Below are positions 27,251 through 41,130 of a stretch of 64,000 nt of DNA, piece after piece. Position numbers and translations under genes: made by a program. The notes below the pieces were generated by a model, which searched no databases, was not told the DNA's origin, and saw only the letters and a program-made list of their open reading frames with translations. Where the stretch lies: the NCBI GenBank assembly GCA_040285855.1, contig JAUFOQ010000001.1:2666001-2730000 (forward strand), written 5' to 3'. Positions within the stretch are counted from its first letter, which is position 1. Every line of letters begins with the position of its first letter. The stretch comes from Eukaryota sp. GEM-RC1 (Eukaryota).

Positions 27251-29081
27251 TTATTCAACTATTTCAATCATATGATCACTAAAATACAAAAAAGCATATG
27301 GATAATAATTACCACTACTTAATCTGGGAAGAGTTCCAGTAAGATTAATTGAAGAATTACTAGTAGATTTGATTGTTAAAGTGTAATTAATTAGATTCGC
27401 ATTGATTTCGAGTACTTCACCAGGATCACACTTAGCCCTGCTTCCTGAGAGACAACCATAAACAGCACCATCAATGTTAATACAGTGACCATCCGCATAA
27501 CAAAAACTACCAACTTTAAACTTTGACTCATCAATGACTCCAACAAACAAATTCCGCGTAGTCCCACCATACCTCAACTTCCAAGTATAATCAACACCCG
27601 GAAGCAGTGGATCTTCTCCCAAGATACTTCTATTCTGTTCCCATTCAATTCCAAAAACAACTTTAAGTTTATCCCCACTAACTTGTAACAGAGGGTGTTT
27701 TCTTGATTCTGAGAATTCAATCATTTTTGATTGAAAACTTGACTGACTCTTTTCAAGTGTTCAATTTTTTGTAGTAGACTGGTGTTATCAGCAACAATTT
27801 TAGAATTTGCAGCTTTCAAACGAGAGTTTTCAGAAGTAATCTCTGAGTTTTTTTGAGAAAGGGTGTTTGAATTCAATTCTAATTTGGAGATCCTATTTTT
27901 TAAATTTGTAGAAGACTGTTGATACTCGGATAACTCACGTTCTTTTGCAGTAATTGCTGATTGCAGTGACAAAACTCGATTGGACAAATCCGTAATCTGA
28001 TTTGATAATTTCTCCAAATCAGCAGAAGATCGCTCATTTACATGACTGTTTAATTCATCTTCAACTGACTCAAATTCCTTTGGAAATTCTTCTGATAGTT
28101 TGTTCAAAGATTCATATATATCTTCTAAGCTTGGTCTTTCATTCATGTCCACGTGGCAACAACTTGAAACAAGATCAACAATACATTGATCAATATTTGG
28201 AGGAAATTTCAATTGCAAGGGCGACATTTTGGCTCCACAAATTGCTGCCACATCATATCCTTCAAAAACTTTTTCATTACAAAACAATTCATAAAGCATC
28301 AGACCAAGGCTGTAGATATCAGATTTGAGACACCTTCTATTTGAGAGAGCTTCAGGAGCTACATATTTCAAAGTAAAACATAGTTGATTAGTTCTGTGAG
28401 CAGTTGTTTCAGAAAGAACTTTCGAAGTACCAAAGTCACTCAATTTAGCTGCACCTCCTACAATCAACACGTTTTCTGGTTTAAGATCGCCATGTAGAAT
28501 GTTGTGGGAGTGCAAATGTAGAAGTGCTTCTACGATCTGTTTAGCATAAGTTAAGGAGAGAGGTGAAACTGAGGAAGGTACAATAAGGGAAGCGGACGCC
28601 TTTTCCATAACAATGCCAAGTTGATTCTCGGGTAACCAAACAAGGCCAAAGACACGCAAAACACACGGATGGTTGAGATTAAACATGGTCAGCAGTTCCT
28701 TACGGAGTCTAACTCTGTCTTTTCCGAGTTACAGAGAACAACCTTTATGGCAACCGCTGCATTGCTCCACGTCCCAGAGTAAACGCGAGATGACCCACCA
28801 ACACCAAGAGGTTTAGAGAAATCTATTTGGAGATCGTTACCAGGAATTTCACAAAGAAAGTCTCCCGATTGAGAAGAAGTAACAACATCTAGTAATCCAA
28901 TATTAGTTACTATCGTGGGAAGTTTTGGGCTGCGGCAGAAAGGACATCCCGATACTGAGGAAGCACATATCAAACATGATGTGTGTTGATTAAGACAGAT
29001 GACAGTGGGAATGCGATCTTTGCCATTAAAAGACTCTTCACAGATTTTGCACTGTACATGTAGGATATTTGACAAAGACAT
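27251..29081 (-). CDS. RING finger - protein kinase (TKL-like) - coiled coil - SPRY-like protein
   Basis: RING CKIC..C..QH..CLIC..CPFC; kinase LGVGGSSRVY, VAIK, HGDLKPEN, DFG, APE, SDIYSLG; C-terminus of the same family as the BTB genes. Three track ORFs join after single-base fixes in runs at 28720-28723 and 27734-27737. Confidence 0.85.
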
Positions 29082-29122
29082 AACTTGACAGTTGCCTCAA
29101 ACAAACTGCAAAATTGGATTTG

Positions 29123-29811
29123 ATGAACCAAAAAATTTCTGACATAAACAGTCATGGTTTTGTCAGTATAGTCAAACTCTTTAATATGCTCTCTTTCGAT
29201 GAATCCCCTAATGCTGACAGTTCTCGTTTGTCGTCTCTCTTCTCTTTCAATGATTCTGTACCTGACTGTCAAATGGGAACTACAAAGCTGTTAAATTCCA
29301 AACGTCCTCCTGAAATCTCTTTCCATCAAGACTTCTCAAGAAAACCCAAGTCCCCCTTCACTAGAAGACCAGAAATCATGCAAGAAACTCGCCCTGAACT
29401 TGTTAAAAGGACTATCAGTTCTACCTCTCCCGTCAACGATCTGCAGAACCTTCTAAACGACGTGCTCTTCACGAAAGACCTGATCTCGATGAATACGCCC
29501 GTTCTGTGGAAATCAACGCCAAGATTGCAGAACAAGAAGAAGTGTATGCCAGAGTACAACATCAATGTGATGTGAGGGAATCCTTGTTGACTTCATTTCA
29601 CGATAAACAACAACAACGCATGGATTTAGAAGCCACCATTGGACTTGACGTTCAACGCCAGCGACTGGCGGCTCAGGCTCTTAGAAAGGTTAAGCCTCCA
29701 GCTGTTTACCAGGAGGAGGAAGATGAGGAGGATCCGATGGCTGAATTGGATAGATTTGAGGAAAACTTGAGTTGTGTTCAAAAGTCTAGGGAATTAGCGG
29801 GAGTACTATGA
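29123..29811 (+). CDS. Hypothetical protein with a C-terminal coiled-coil/acidic region
   Basis: Two overlapping ORFs joined by one frameshift near the C-run at ~29430. Divergent from the kinase gene. Confidence 0.5.
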
Positions 29812-30044
29812 TTTATTGGACTGGGAGTCAAAACAAAAGGGTGATTTGAAGTGTTTTCAACATTTTTTTATGTATATTATGTACAATAATTCCAAAAATG
29901 ACTAACTGTATTTACAAGAAAATTGTTTTTTAATAAATTACAAAAAGTTTGTCAGATTTGTCTTAATCAAAATCGAAAACAGATGGAAAAATTAGTGCTA
30001 AAAAGCTGGTATTTTTTAAAACACGTATCAAATTAACAATCATA

Positions 30045-32299
30045 TCACACAACAAAAGATCTCAATTTTTTGTCAATCAATTTTAATTTGGCCGGTGATA
30101 AATTAGCAGCATTTTTCATTGTTGACCCTCTTACAGCATCATACTGATTCTTGATTGATTGCCGATTGTGCAAATCACGTGCCAGTCTTCGCTCTTCTTC
30201 TTCCTTACCCCACACAAGAATATTCTGATGTTCATCGATGATAGCATATTCATCTTCAATTTGCCTTAGCGTGTCTGAATCGGGATGAAACTCTGAATAA
30301 TGAAATTTAACCTGGAAAAAGACTTCTTCTATATCAAAAAGACAAGAGTTAACGTCAACAACTTGCCTGGAATCCCCAATCTCGTTGAAAAAAGACACTC
30401 CAGAGGCAAGCAGGGCTTTTACTGAAATAATACTGGTAAGGATTAATTCAAATACATCAAATCCTTGACCTTGTATAGCGACATTTTGGAGAATTTTCAA
30501 ATATTTGTCCAGGAAACGATCAATGAAGTAGGTGGCAGGACACTGATTACAAAGGGCTCGACAACCTTCCAAAAACAGTAGATGATGTGCCATTGATTGA
30601 CCGTCAGCTAAACCTTCCAAAAACGACTCAATCCGCTCAAAAACCTGAATGCCAGTAAACGATGGCAGACTATCGAAAATAGTGTAAACAATACGTTGTA
30701 GAAACAATTGGGGTAGCACTGTCACGTTTCCGTTGGAATCAATTTTTCTATAATTCAAAACAATTTCAATAAGCGCAGAAATGTAATCCAAAATTTCCTG
30801 TGATGACAAATATTTGATAAACAATTTTAAATATTTGCAATACACGAGTCGTTGTCGCCAGGCAGCGAAATTCAGCGAGTGATGTGTTGAAAGTAAAACA
30901 CGATGCAAATTTAATAAATTTCTAATAATTAAAACATCATTTTGCACAGCTGATAAAAAGTTCGAATTAAATCTGATTGAACTTAAACGAGGATCTTTCT
31001 TGAAAAATTTCAAAAAATAAGTCAAAAATTGAATTGCTTGTTTAATGACAGATGAGTTAGAATCTGCCAACCCTGAAGAGATACAATTTAAAAATTTGAC
31101 AATAATTTTAGGAACAAAGTGGGGAGAACCCATTGTCGATGCAAGAGACATTAAGAGGAACAATTCTTGAAGATTCTTCAAGACTAAAACTTTACCAAAT
31201 TCTTGTGATTCAGCGAAAACAACTTTCAAAGTTTGTAAAACATTTGAATTAATTCCAACGCAATCCACAGAAAAAGAAGGAACAATCGTTAGAGGTGAAT
31301 TCGGCTGTTCATTGAAAAATTCTACAAAATTTGAAAAATTCTCCAACAACTCAGTTACTGGAGTTTGTTTTTCCAACGACAGCGACACAGCTAGCCACTT
31401 TACTGCCAAAAGTAAATTCTTGCGTGCGAGCGACCCTTGCGAAACCCTAATCTGTTGCAAAAGCCCATTTGTTAATTTTTGAAAAAACTCTGGATATTTA
31501 GAAGAGATCAATATAACCGACCCCGCAACAATCACATTATCAAATTCTCTAACAAAATCTAAATTTCCTGAGAATCCCAAAGTCTCAGTGATCTTAGACG
31601 CCAGAGTACTACTCAATGAACAAATAGGTAATTGATCCAGAACAACCACAGCCACTCCAAAGGCTACCTTCTTTACTTGAGCAAGGGTATCAGAAAGCAG
31701 AGCTTGGCACGCAGAAAGGATCTTCTTGGACAGCTCAGCGTTGAGAAGCTTTGCGCGATGTGATTTTAGTTTGGCTGGGTTCTTGGCTACGAGTTTGCAT
31801 AGAAAGGGAAGGCATTTGCAGACTGATAGACGGACTGTTGAAGAAGGAGAGGTACAACAGAGTAGAGTGTTGTGGAAGAGACGGGAACGCTCGGGAGTAG
31901 CGGGGTTGGAGAGGAGAGAGGGTATGAGACAAAGACATTCAACATTCTTGCTGGGTTGAGTTATTGAAGAAAGGCCGGAAATGCAGTGTGAGACAATGAG
32001 GGGAGGGGGAGATTGGGTGTGTAGGAGGAGTGTGGAGAGGACTTCGCAGAGCTTGGTTGAGTCCCGGAAATCGTTGATCTTGGAAAAAGAATGGATATGA
32101 ATTTATCGCAGAGATCAGCAGATAGGAAGCTGGTATTATTGAAGAGATCTTGAAGTTCGGAAGTGTTGGAACGGAAGAATTCTTGGTCACCTTTGGATAC
32201 CAGGGCTAAGATGTGATCAACAACGTCATGAGAAAATGAAGCAGATGAGCATGTTGCATAGTATTTCAGTACTTGAGAGATGGGAACATTGTCAGTCAT
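30045..32299 (-). CDS. ~750-aa alpha-helical (HEAT/ARM-like) protein of unknown function
   Basis: The frame of ORF 30045-31655 stays open upstream to ~32085, where one base added to a T-run joins it to ATG 32299. Leu-rich helical composition. Confidence 0.7.
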
Positions 32300-32720
32300 T
32301 CAATGTATTGTTATGAATCAAGTGAGCTAATTTCCCCAATTTGCTGCTTAACTGCACTTCACCGCAATTTCAGCAATGCTTCAAACTAGCAAGATCGTGA
32401 ACGAGTGTTATACTGGTGACGTTAAATTTGATGATACTAAGAAATGGCATTACTTTGATCTGATACAAATGAATACTCAAGACTACAATTCCAAGCTGTG
32501 TTTAATGTTATAAATATGATATTTGTATCATAGAACAGAATTTTATCGAACACTAAAGAGGAAGCAACCATTGTCCAGTTACTACAGCCCGTGTCAAATT
32601 TCTGTTTTCTACAAGTGTGTAACAGTGAAAGAATCGCATCATATTCACAAAGCAGGAAGAAATCTTAACAAGGGATAACAGTTGGTGTCTAGGTGAGATT
32701 CTTTAAAGCAAAACTCATCA

Positions 32721-32725
32721 GGGGG

Positions 32726-32769
<44 letters not shown>

Positions 32770-32793
32770 GGGGATCAAAACCCTGCTCCTCCA
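32721..32793 (+). tRNA. tRNA-Ala (anticodon AGC)
   Basis: Cloverleaf: GGGGGTG/CTCCTCC acceptor with G3:U70 and A73 (one U-U mismatch), D arm GCTC/GAGC, anticodon stem CGCGC-TTAGCAT-GCGCG, T arm CGGGG-ATCAAAA-CCCTG. No encoded CCA. Confidence 0.95.
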
Positions 32794-32798
32794 TTTTT
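32794..32798 (+). terminator. RNA polymerase III terminator
   Basis: TTTTT directly after the tRNA discriminator base. Confidence 0.75.
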
Positions 32799-33568
32799 GT
32801 GAATTCCTTCACTGTACTTTTTACATATACTCTTGAATTTTGATCGGCAAAACACTGTCTTTTCTGTGTCTCTAGAGTGTTTTGTATTTGTTTAACTATT
32901 ATTGTTTCATAAACTTTCAATCATTTGTCTAGAGTGTTAATGGCATTTCGAACAAATTTCCACTGTCAAATTAACAGTGTCAATGCCAGAACTACAAGGT
33001 GATTTCTGTTTTCAAAGACGAAGCTCAGTTGCTCTTGTTTCCCTGTAAATGTATTCCTTTTACTATTGAAATTCTTGAAACACATTGAAATGCTACAAGA
33101 TGATGCTTTCATTTCTATTAAATTGTGTTACGACCGAATGCAAAACCGAAGCAGCGCTGAAGGCTTTGAATTTGTATGCATATCGTCAGTGTTTTGTGTG
33201 ATACACAGCAATGAAGCACAGAATTTTTAAAACCACAATTAGTACAGTGAAAGAATCAAGATCAGCTAGAATCCTACAGTAAGTAATTTCGAATATTTGA
33301 ATATTTGAATTATAAGATAGAATCAATTATATTGAAATTGGTTATAATCTGATCTTTAAGTCCCTGAAATACTGTAACATCAATTAATCACACCATTGCG
33401 ACAGATCCAGATTATGTTCTAAATATCAAACTGTCCTCTAGTCGTGTATATGGTGTCCCTAGGTGTACTTCACCGAGACTGGTCTCCCACACAGAACCTC
33501 CAACGAAGAATATTCGTACATGAGCTGTACTTCAATCAATTTCTAGTAGTGGAAAATTAACATTTTTT

Positions 33569-34591
33569 TCATTTGAAGGAGACTCCTTTAAAGCATATTT
33601 CACCTCTACCATCTGCTGTATGTAAACTGCAAAGTAAATTAACAAAGGAGTTTGTACTCTTGGACTTTAATAATCGTATTAGCTTGCCTAAAACTAATAG
33701 TCCCGAGTTCGCTGCTTTGTTAATGGACCTTGTAATAGTGGACCTTCTGGATTTATTTCTCAAATTCCGAAGGTGTTTGGATTGCATCTATCTGATGAAG
33801 CTTGGATGATCAATATGCTTCTTCGTTTGGCTATTTGGCCTGTAAACTTATTAAACTATTCAACTTGCTCTTGTGGAGCTAATGGTGTTTATTCGTCATT
33901 TAATTAATTGTCGTTATTTTATTCATCTACGTGCAGTAATTCATGATGGTGTACGTGATTCTTGTTATTCCATGTTTAAAGCACATGGTTTTCACTCTAA
34001 AGTTGAACCAGTTTTGAGTCATCTTTCAGAAAATAAATTTACTGATCAAAAAGAGGGGATCTTCATACTCCGTGGCTTAAATCGAGTCAATCACTAATGG
34101 ATTTTACTACAGTAGATGTTTGTAACACATCGTGTGTTAGTAGGGTATTAGATTCTTCTTTTAACCCGTTAACAGCTGCTGAAAAGCTCAAACACTCCAA
34201 GTATGACTCTCAAGTAGAAGAATTAAATAGAAACTCATATTCCAAATTTGTGTTTCAACCTTTTGCTGTTTCTCTTTTTGGATCTATTAGTCCTGCTGGT
34301 GATCAATTTTTCAAGGATTTCGAAGAATTGTGTAAAGAAAAGAAGCGTAAGTTTAGAATGGCTGAATGGAAAAACCGTATAGTGTTTTCCATATATCGGA
34401 ATATGCCCTTCTTTTTCTCTAGATTAATTGAGAAATTGTACAAGTTTGATGTGAAGGTTAATGTTGAAAAACGTAGTATGTTACCGGGTGGTGATGAAGT
34501 CGTTTGGATTTAATCATAGTATTATTTGTTTGTTTTTACAATTTCATAGTTTTGTAGGAAGGTTACCTTACTGGGTACCGAATAAAGTTTT
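33569..34591 (+). mobile_element. 5'-truncated CRE-like non-LTR retrotransposon (restriction-like endonuclease region and 3' UTR)
   Basis: HLINC..HDGVRD..KVEP..MDFTTVD..AEKLKHSKY..FQPFAVSLFG. Closely similar to the inverted copy at 39170-40290. Confidence 0.85.
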
Positions 34592-34844
34592 ATATAGTGT
34601 TTTTCATATCTGAATCCAATTGACTTCATCCCTATCAGGTAAAAGATTACGGTTTTCAACATTATTCTTCACACCAAACTTGTTTAGTTTCTCAACTGAT
34701 CGAAAGAAATAGAGAAGCGTATTCCAATAATTGGAAAACACAATAGTTTTTTTTCATTCATACCTTCGAAAAGAAAATTTACACTTCTTTTCTTTACAAA
34801 AGTTCTTGAAAAACCTGAAGCATTAATCGGCAAAAGTATAGACG

Positions 34845-36184
34845 ATGTTCAACTCCTACTCTGATGCTCTCCGCGTTCCTTTTCACTCACATACACATCC
34901 TCCTAGGCACATACATTTCCAGCAGTCGTTGTTGGTATTGATCGTTCACCATTGGCTTAGACTTGCTTTTGAGTTGTCTCTTAGGCTGAATAATGAAGAT
35001 CCTCGCTCTGCTCTGTATCATTTGACCAACAATCTCCCCACCTTCGTTAAAAAAGGCTGGATATGTAAGTCATCATTTCTTCGAATCTGTTATTCAGGCT
35101 GTTAAGTTGTTTTTTCAAACAAACACATTTCCTCTTGTTCTTGCAGATCTCCCTAAACTTAATTCATTGGCTTCCTTCTTTGGAACAGAGATCAATTCTG
35201 TTTTCATTGACTTGGGATCGGCTTTTAGAGAATCAGAATTGTCATCACATTCCCAATTAATTTCAGGATTGAGAGTGAAGTTCGAATACCTCCATGATTT
35301 TTTCTTTTCTTAAGGAGTGCGTTGCATTTCCAAAACTAAAGGAGGTTAAGATACGTGTTAACGCTCGTGTGTCAATGTCATTTCTTGATATTTTAAAAGT
35401 CAATAACATGGTGACAAGCTTAGACCTCCGTGGTAACGGCGTTGGAGATGATGGAGCGAGACAATTGTCAGAGATGTTAAAAGTAAATACTTCATTAAAA
35501 AGTCTTCTTCTTGTTAAAACAGGTATCAGAGTGGGTGGTGGCAGAGCATTGGCTGATGCATTAGAAGTCAATCATACATTGACATTTATCAATCTCTTCT
35601 GGAACTCCCTTAGAGATGAAGGTGTTAGAGCTTTGTCACGAGGTTTGACAATCAATTCTGAGTTAAGATCCATTGATTTGGGGAATAACTCTGTGAACAA
35701 TGAAGGTGTTGGCCCACTGGCAGAAGCATTGAAAGTCAATACATCATTGATATCTCTTAATCTACGTGGAAACTTTATAAGATCTGAAGGTGCAACAGCA
35801 TTGGCAGAAGCGTTAAAACATAATAACTCGTTAATGTCTCTTAATCTACGTGGAAATTTTATTAAAGCTGAAGGTGCTTGTATATTGGCGGGTGCATTAA
35901 AGGTCAATACTACCTTGAAACGTCTGAACCTACATGGGAACTTTATTAATGTGCAAGGTGCTAGAGCATTGGCAGAAGTGATAAAAGTCAATTCTTCGCT
36001 GACAGGAATTAATTTGGCTTGGAACTCTATCGGAAATGAAGGTGCTAGTGCTTTAGCATCCGCGTTAACAGTTAATACTACTTTGAGAAGTATCAATTTG
36101 AGGGACAATTCTGTTGGTGATGCAGGTATTAGAGTATTAGCAGAGGCTTGTGTAGTCAATAATAGAGTTGAAATAGAAGTATAA
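34845..36184 (+). CDS. RNI/NLRC3-type LRR protein with a disrupted N-terminal region (possible pseudogene)
   Basis: About ten 28-aa repeats (ALAEALKVNTSLISLNLRGNFI) in 35294-36184. The upstream part resembles the N-terminus of 4194-6224 but is broken. Confidence 0.75.
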
Positions 36185-36883
36185 TCACTCAATTTAGAAT
36201 TAATTTGTGTCTTACCCTGAGTTTTAGTCACAAATTTCAATTACTGATCAACAGAAGTCAAATATTTAGTTAATAACGTCAATCATTCTGACTCTCAATT
36301 TATGTACATGTACTATTTCAGTATATTTACTGCTTTAATCTGCTTTTGTAAGAATTTGTTTATGTATTTGTTTCTTGATAGAAATTAGAGTGAACAAACA
36401 TGGTGGACAAAAGGCTACTGAAAACAGCTTAAAGTGATACTTCACATAGAATTAAAGATTCGTTAATTAGAATGGCAGTGAGAATGTCAATTTTTGAAAA
36501 ATATTCCAAATTAACAACTGTTAATTGTTTTTAGTCTGAGGAATGAAATGGCAACATTTTTGAAACAAAACTGATCAAATTACTTCTGAACAATAGAGAT
36601 AGTTTGGTTATGATTTATGGCGTATCACTAGGGGTTGAATCAGTCTGTTTAGGAAAGAACATGGAAGCTACTTGGGGGGATACGTTGAAAGAGGTTTCTG
36701 TTCTAGAAGAACTTGCTGTCTGAATGACAAAAGAATCTTTGGGATCACAGGAGACACCACCTGAAGAACTTTCTGAGACAAACTTGTCCATCCCACAATG
36801 TCTTTATGAGCCAGAACAAACTAGAAGATAATCTTTCTTTTTGTTGAAACCTCCAGTTCATTTCCTTCTCGCTTTGATTCTTG

Positions 36884-38400
36884 CTGTCATTCTGGATGAT
36901 CCTTCCCTCTGTAATCAAACCATTACATTTGGGGAAGTGTCTATTGAAGTGAACAAGTTCATCCTTGCTGCTCATTCTACCTACTTCCGATCTCTTTGGT
37001 TCTTGGAGTTTGGTGATAGAGACGAAAACCCAATCGACTTCTCCCATCTCCCTGTTGATTCCAACAACTTTCTTGCCTTCATCAAGTCCTTCTTCGGACA
37101 ATATTTCACCCTCAATGAAAACAATGCTTACGACTTCTACTACCTCGTCCACTACTTCCAAGTGGACAAACTTATTATACAAGTGGAATACCACCTAAAC
37201 ACTCATCTCGAAACCTGGGGTTGGTTAAAACCATTCATTAAAGAAGCAGATGAAAGACATGACTTAAGAGCTCTGGAATTCGTTGGTCCTTTCTTTTCTA
37301 AGATTGACGACCTTGTGATTGATGACGTGATGGCAATCACTACTGAAGGGCTAAAAACTCTTTGCAAATACTGTACTTCCACTCAATCTCAATCGTGGTT
37401 CGTCCAATCAATGGTGGAATCAATTGTAAATCAAAGTTTTGATTTGAATGAGTTTTTAAATGTTCTAAATTCGTGCTCAATTGAAGCCTTTTCTTTTCAA
37501 CAATGGGATGAGTTTTTGTTTGTTCCTTTAAAAGATGTTGAAGAATTGGAAGCCGATTTGATGAAGTTTTTGTTTACAAGAGTTAAGAATCTTTATTTTG
37601 ACTCCTTGGTGAAGGAAGTTTCTGATTTGAAGGAAGAAGTGTCTGAATTAACTACCAAATGTTCGGATTTAGAAAGCAACAATTCTGAATTAAACACACT
37701 TACTACTGATTTAACAACGGAAATTCATGATTGGAAGACAGAAAACTCGCATTTGAAATTAAACAATTCTGATTTATCCATGCAAATTTCCGGATTAACA
37801 ACTGATATTCAGATTTTAACTGCTACAAACTCTAACGAAATTGCTAAACTAAAACAAGAAATTGAACAACTTAAAAAGACAACTACAGAAACTCAAGTGG
37901 GGCATCAATCAGTTCCTCAATCAAAAGTGATTAGATTCTCCCCAACTAAGAAACACTCTCAGTTACAAGTTAGTGGGGATAGAAAGAGAGTTGTTGTTGG
38001 GGATGGTGTGGATAGAAATATCTTGGGAGAAGATCCACTTCGTCCAGGTAATGAGTATACTTGGAAGTTGAGGTACCAGGGGCATACTAATAGTCTTATT
38101 GTTGGAGTCATTGACGAATCAGAGTTTAGTGTTGAAGGTCATTTTTATGGGAACGGTCACTGTTTCCGCAATGGTAATAATGTTTGGGGCTGTCTCTCAG
38201 GAAACAAAACTAAGTGGAATCCTGGTGAATTACTCGAGATCAGTGTAAATCTAGTTAATTACACTTTAACAATCAAATCCGTGAGTAATTCTTCAATTAA
38301 TCTTACTGGAACTCTTCCCAGATTAAGTAGTGGTTATTATTATCCATTTGCTTTGTTGTATCATAGTGATCATGTACTTGAAATAGTTGAATACAATTGA
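36884..38400 (+). pseudogene. BTB - coiled coil - SPRY-like copy 4; open frame but the start codon is deleted
   Basis: Homology begins at VILDDPSL. The ATG and about 11 codons are missing while a leader-like sequence remains upstream. Confidence 0.75.
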
Positions 38401-38559
38401 TCACACTTTCGATAAGGTCACTAAAATACCTCATTTGAAGTATTGATTCAAATCATGTTAGTATAAAGCTAGTACTGGTTTTTCATCCTCTCTTTTGTAC
38501 ACATAAAACCTCATTACTCGTAAACCCCCATTAAAAAAAAATCCATCGTATAATTATAG

Positions 38560-39075
38560 GTTGTAGGCGAAATATCTTATGAGAGACCTGCTCACAGAAT
38601 ATCTTAGGTTTTTAAGTTTTTTGAAATATTTTCTATCAACTTGCAGAATTTGTTTACAACATGCAGCTGGAGAATCGCTTAATCACCAGAAAATCATCTT
38701 CTTCAGAAGAAACACCTGAAGATGTTTCATAAGTCTGTTACTTTACCAGAAGACTTCTGCATTATTTTAACACTCAATAAATACACTTTTTTTACACAAT
38801 GACTGACCAACATAGTGTGGCCATTTTTTCCACTACATTTCCATTTTTAAAAATTACAACCACTATTTCAATTACTATTTGAAACCACAAATGAATCAAT
38901 CAAATCACTAAGCAACTCCACTTACAGGCCCCTTCGATTTGGCGAATCAAGAATGGAACTTGCCGTTTATTCACAAACCAATCTGTACGTAGTTCAACAA
39001 ATTGTCTGTGATCCTGGACTTGGCCATTCTGCGTCACTTATTTCGATACTAAACTGAATGTATCACAGTGATAGA
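38560..39075 (-). pseudogene. 3' fragment and flank of the unknown gene family at 58192-59870
   Basis: Aligns with ~57830-58370 (ccacta.ttcaatt.ctatttgaaacca.aaatga..aatcaaatcactaa). Confidence 0.65.
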
Positions 39076-39169
39076 GAAACGCGTTTAGGTAAACATTGTA
39101 GTATATTTATTAAGTAGTAGACCTAAACTGGAGTTGTTTAACCTCTTAAATTATGTCATCAGCATAGAG

Positions 39170-40290
39170 AAAACTGTATTCGGCACCCACTAAGGTAACC
39201 TTCCTACAAAACTATGAAATTGTAAAAACAAACAAATAATACTATGATTAAATCCAAACGACTTCATCACCACCCGGTAAAAAACTACGTTTTTCAACAT
39301 TAACCTTCACACCAAACTTGTACAATTTCTAAATTAATCTAGAGAAATAGAAAGGCATATTCCGATGTATGGAAAACACTATACGGTTTTCCATTCAGCC
39401 ATTCTAAACTTACGCTTCTTTTCTTTACACAATTCTTCGAAATCCTTGAAAAATTGATCACCAGCAGGACTAATAGATCCAAAAGAGAAACAGCAAAAGG
39501 TTGAAACACAAATTTGGAATATGAGTTTCTATTTAATTCTTCTACTTGAGAGTCATACTTGGAGTGTTTGAGCTTTTCAGCAGCTGTTAACGGATTAAAA
39601 GAAGAATCTAATATCCTACTAACACAAGATTTGTTACAAACATCTAACGTAGTAAAATCCATTAATGATTGACTCGATTTAAGCCACGGAGTATGGAGAT
39701 CCCCTCTTTTTGATCAGTAAATTCATTAGCTGAAAGATGATTCAAAACTGGTTCAACTTTAGAGTGAAAACCATGTGCTTTAAACATGGAATAACAAGAA
39801 TCACGTACACCATCATGAATTACTGCACGTACATGAATAAAATAACGACAATTAATTAAATGACGAAAAACACCATTAGCTCCACAAAAAGTTGAATAGT
39901 TTAATAAATTTGCAGGCCAAATAGCCGAACGAAGACGCGTATTGATCATCCAAGCTTCATCAGATAGATGTAATATATACACCTTTGGAATTTGAGAAAT
40001 AAATCCAGAAGGTCCACTATTACAAAGGTCAATTAAAAAAGCAGCGAACTCAGGACTATTAGTTTTAGGCAAGCTAATACGATTATTAAAGTCCAAGAGT
40101 ACAAACTCCTTTGTCAATTTATTTTGCAGCTTACATACAGCAGACGGTAGAGATGAAATATTTTTTAAAGGAGTCTCCGTCAAATGAGCAGGGTACAAAG
40201 ATTCCTACATTTCAGGAGACAAGGATGATACCAAATCTTCAGCAGATTCAATCCAACGGCAATTACTGGAATTCAACAGATTGATTCCAT
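39170..40290 (-). mobile_element. 5'-truncated CRE-like non-LTR retrotransposon
   Basis: Inverted copy of 33569-34591 that extends about 100 bp further 5'. Shared 3' end GAAGGTTACCTTA.TGGGT.CCGAATA.AGTTTT. Confidence 0.85.
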
Positions 40291-41130
40291 CCAAGGGAAA
40301 AACCAGCATTGTACATAATAGTTCTAAAACAAATTTGTAGCTTCGTGAAGTGCTTGTTCAGTCATTTGCAACTTCAAAAGACGTTTTTTGTATGGTAAAT
40401 TTCAGGATACATTGATTCAAAGTGGTTTCTCTAACAAAATTAATTGTTGCTTATGAATTTCTTTTACCAACAAGGGTCAGAAAAATATACTAACATCCGC
40501 AATGGTTACTAATTAATTACAGGACTGCAGGTACTGTGTAGATAAATGTGCTCAAACATAATGTAACACAATCTATTTTATACAGCTGATATTATTTTAA
40601 TTTATTGCATTACTACAGGTGATCACGTCATCACTATACTGCAACAGTTGCACTTATGTAGGCTTAATTGTATCATTTCATCAAAAGTAACTAGGCGCTG
40701 TTTCCATAAATACAAACGTGATCTGGTACCGACTGACTAAGATTGAATCACAAGCATATACATTAGATTCAGCCTGCAAGAATCCACTAAGAATAGAATA
40801 AGTGAGTAGACCAGAAGAAGTGAGTAGATCATGCTATTGAACCACAACCTTCAGATCTTCCAACGGGGAAAGTCTCATACACTTGTCAGAGATGTCAGTG
40901 TTTCTATCCTTAAAAACAGAGGATATTTTTCTTTACAGAAATGTCTAAAAGGGACCGTCACTAGATCCAATTAAAGGATACTGGTCAGAAACTTCCTGTG
41001 TTGTCGTCGATAGACTACATGTGGTCCATTGCCCTTCTCAATTGAATTAAAATATGGTTGAATTATTTTTGAATGATGTATAATAATGATCCATTAAACC
41101 TTAAACACAAGGATAGCTCACAATAAATGT

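Noticed and set aside
35572..36240. Antisense and alternative-frame ORFs over the LRR, RCC1 and BTB genes
   Set aside because: They are shadows of codon bias and repeat periodicity, and recur only because the sense genes are duplicated.
36841..36900. BTB copies as retrocopies with 5' truncation
   Set aside because: No poly(A) or TSDs. The copy 4 loss is an internal deletion, and shared flanks extend beyond the genes.
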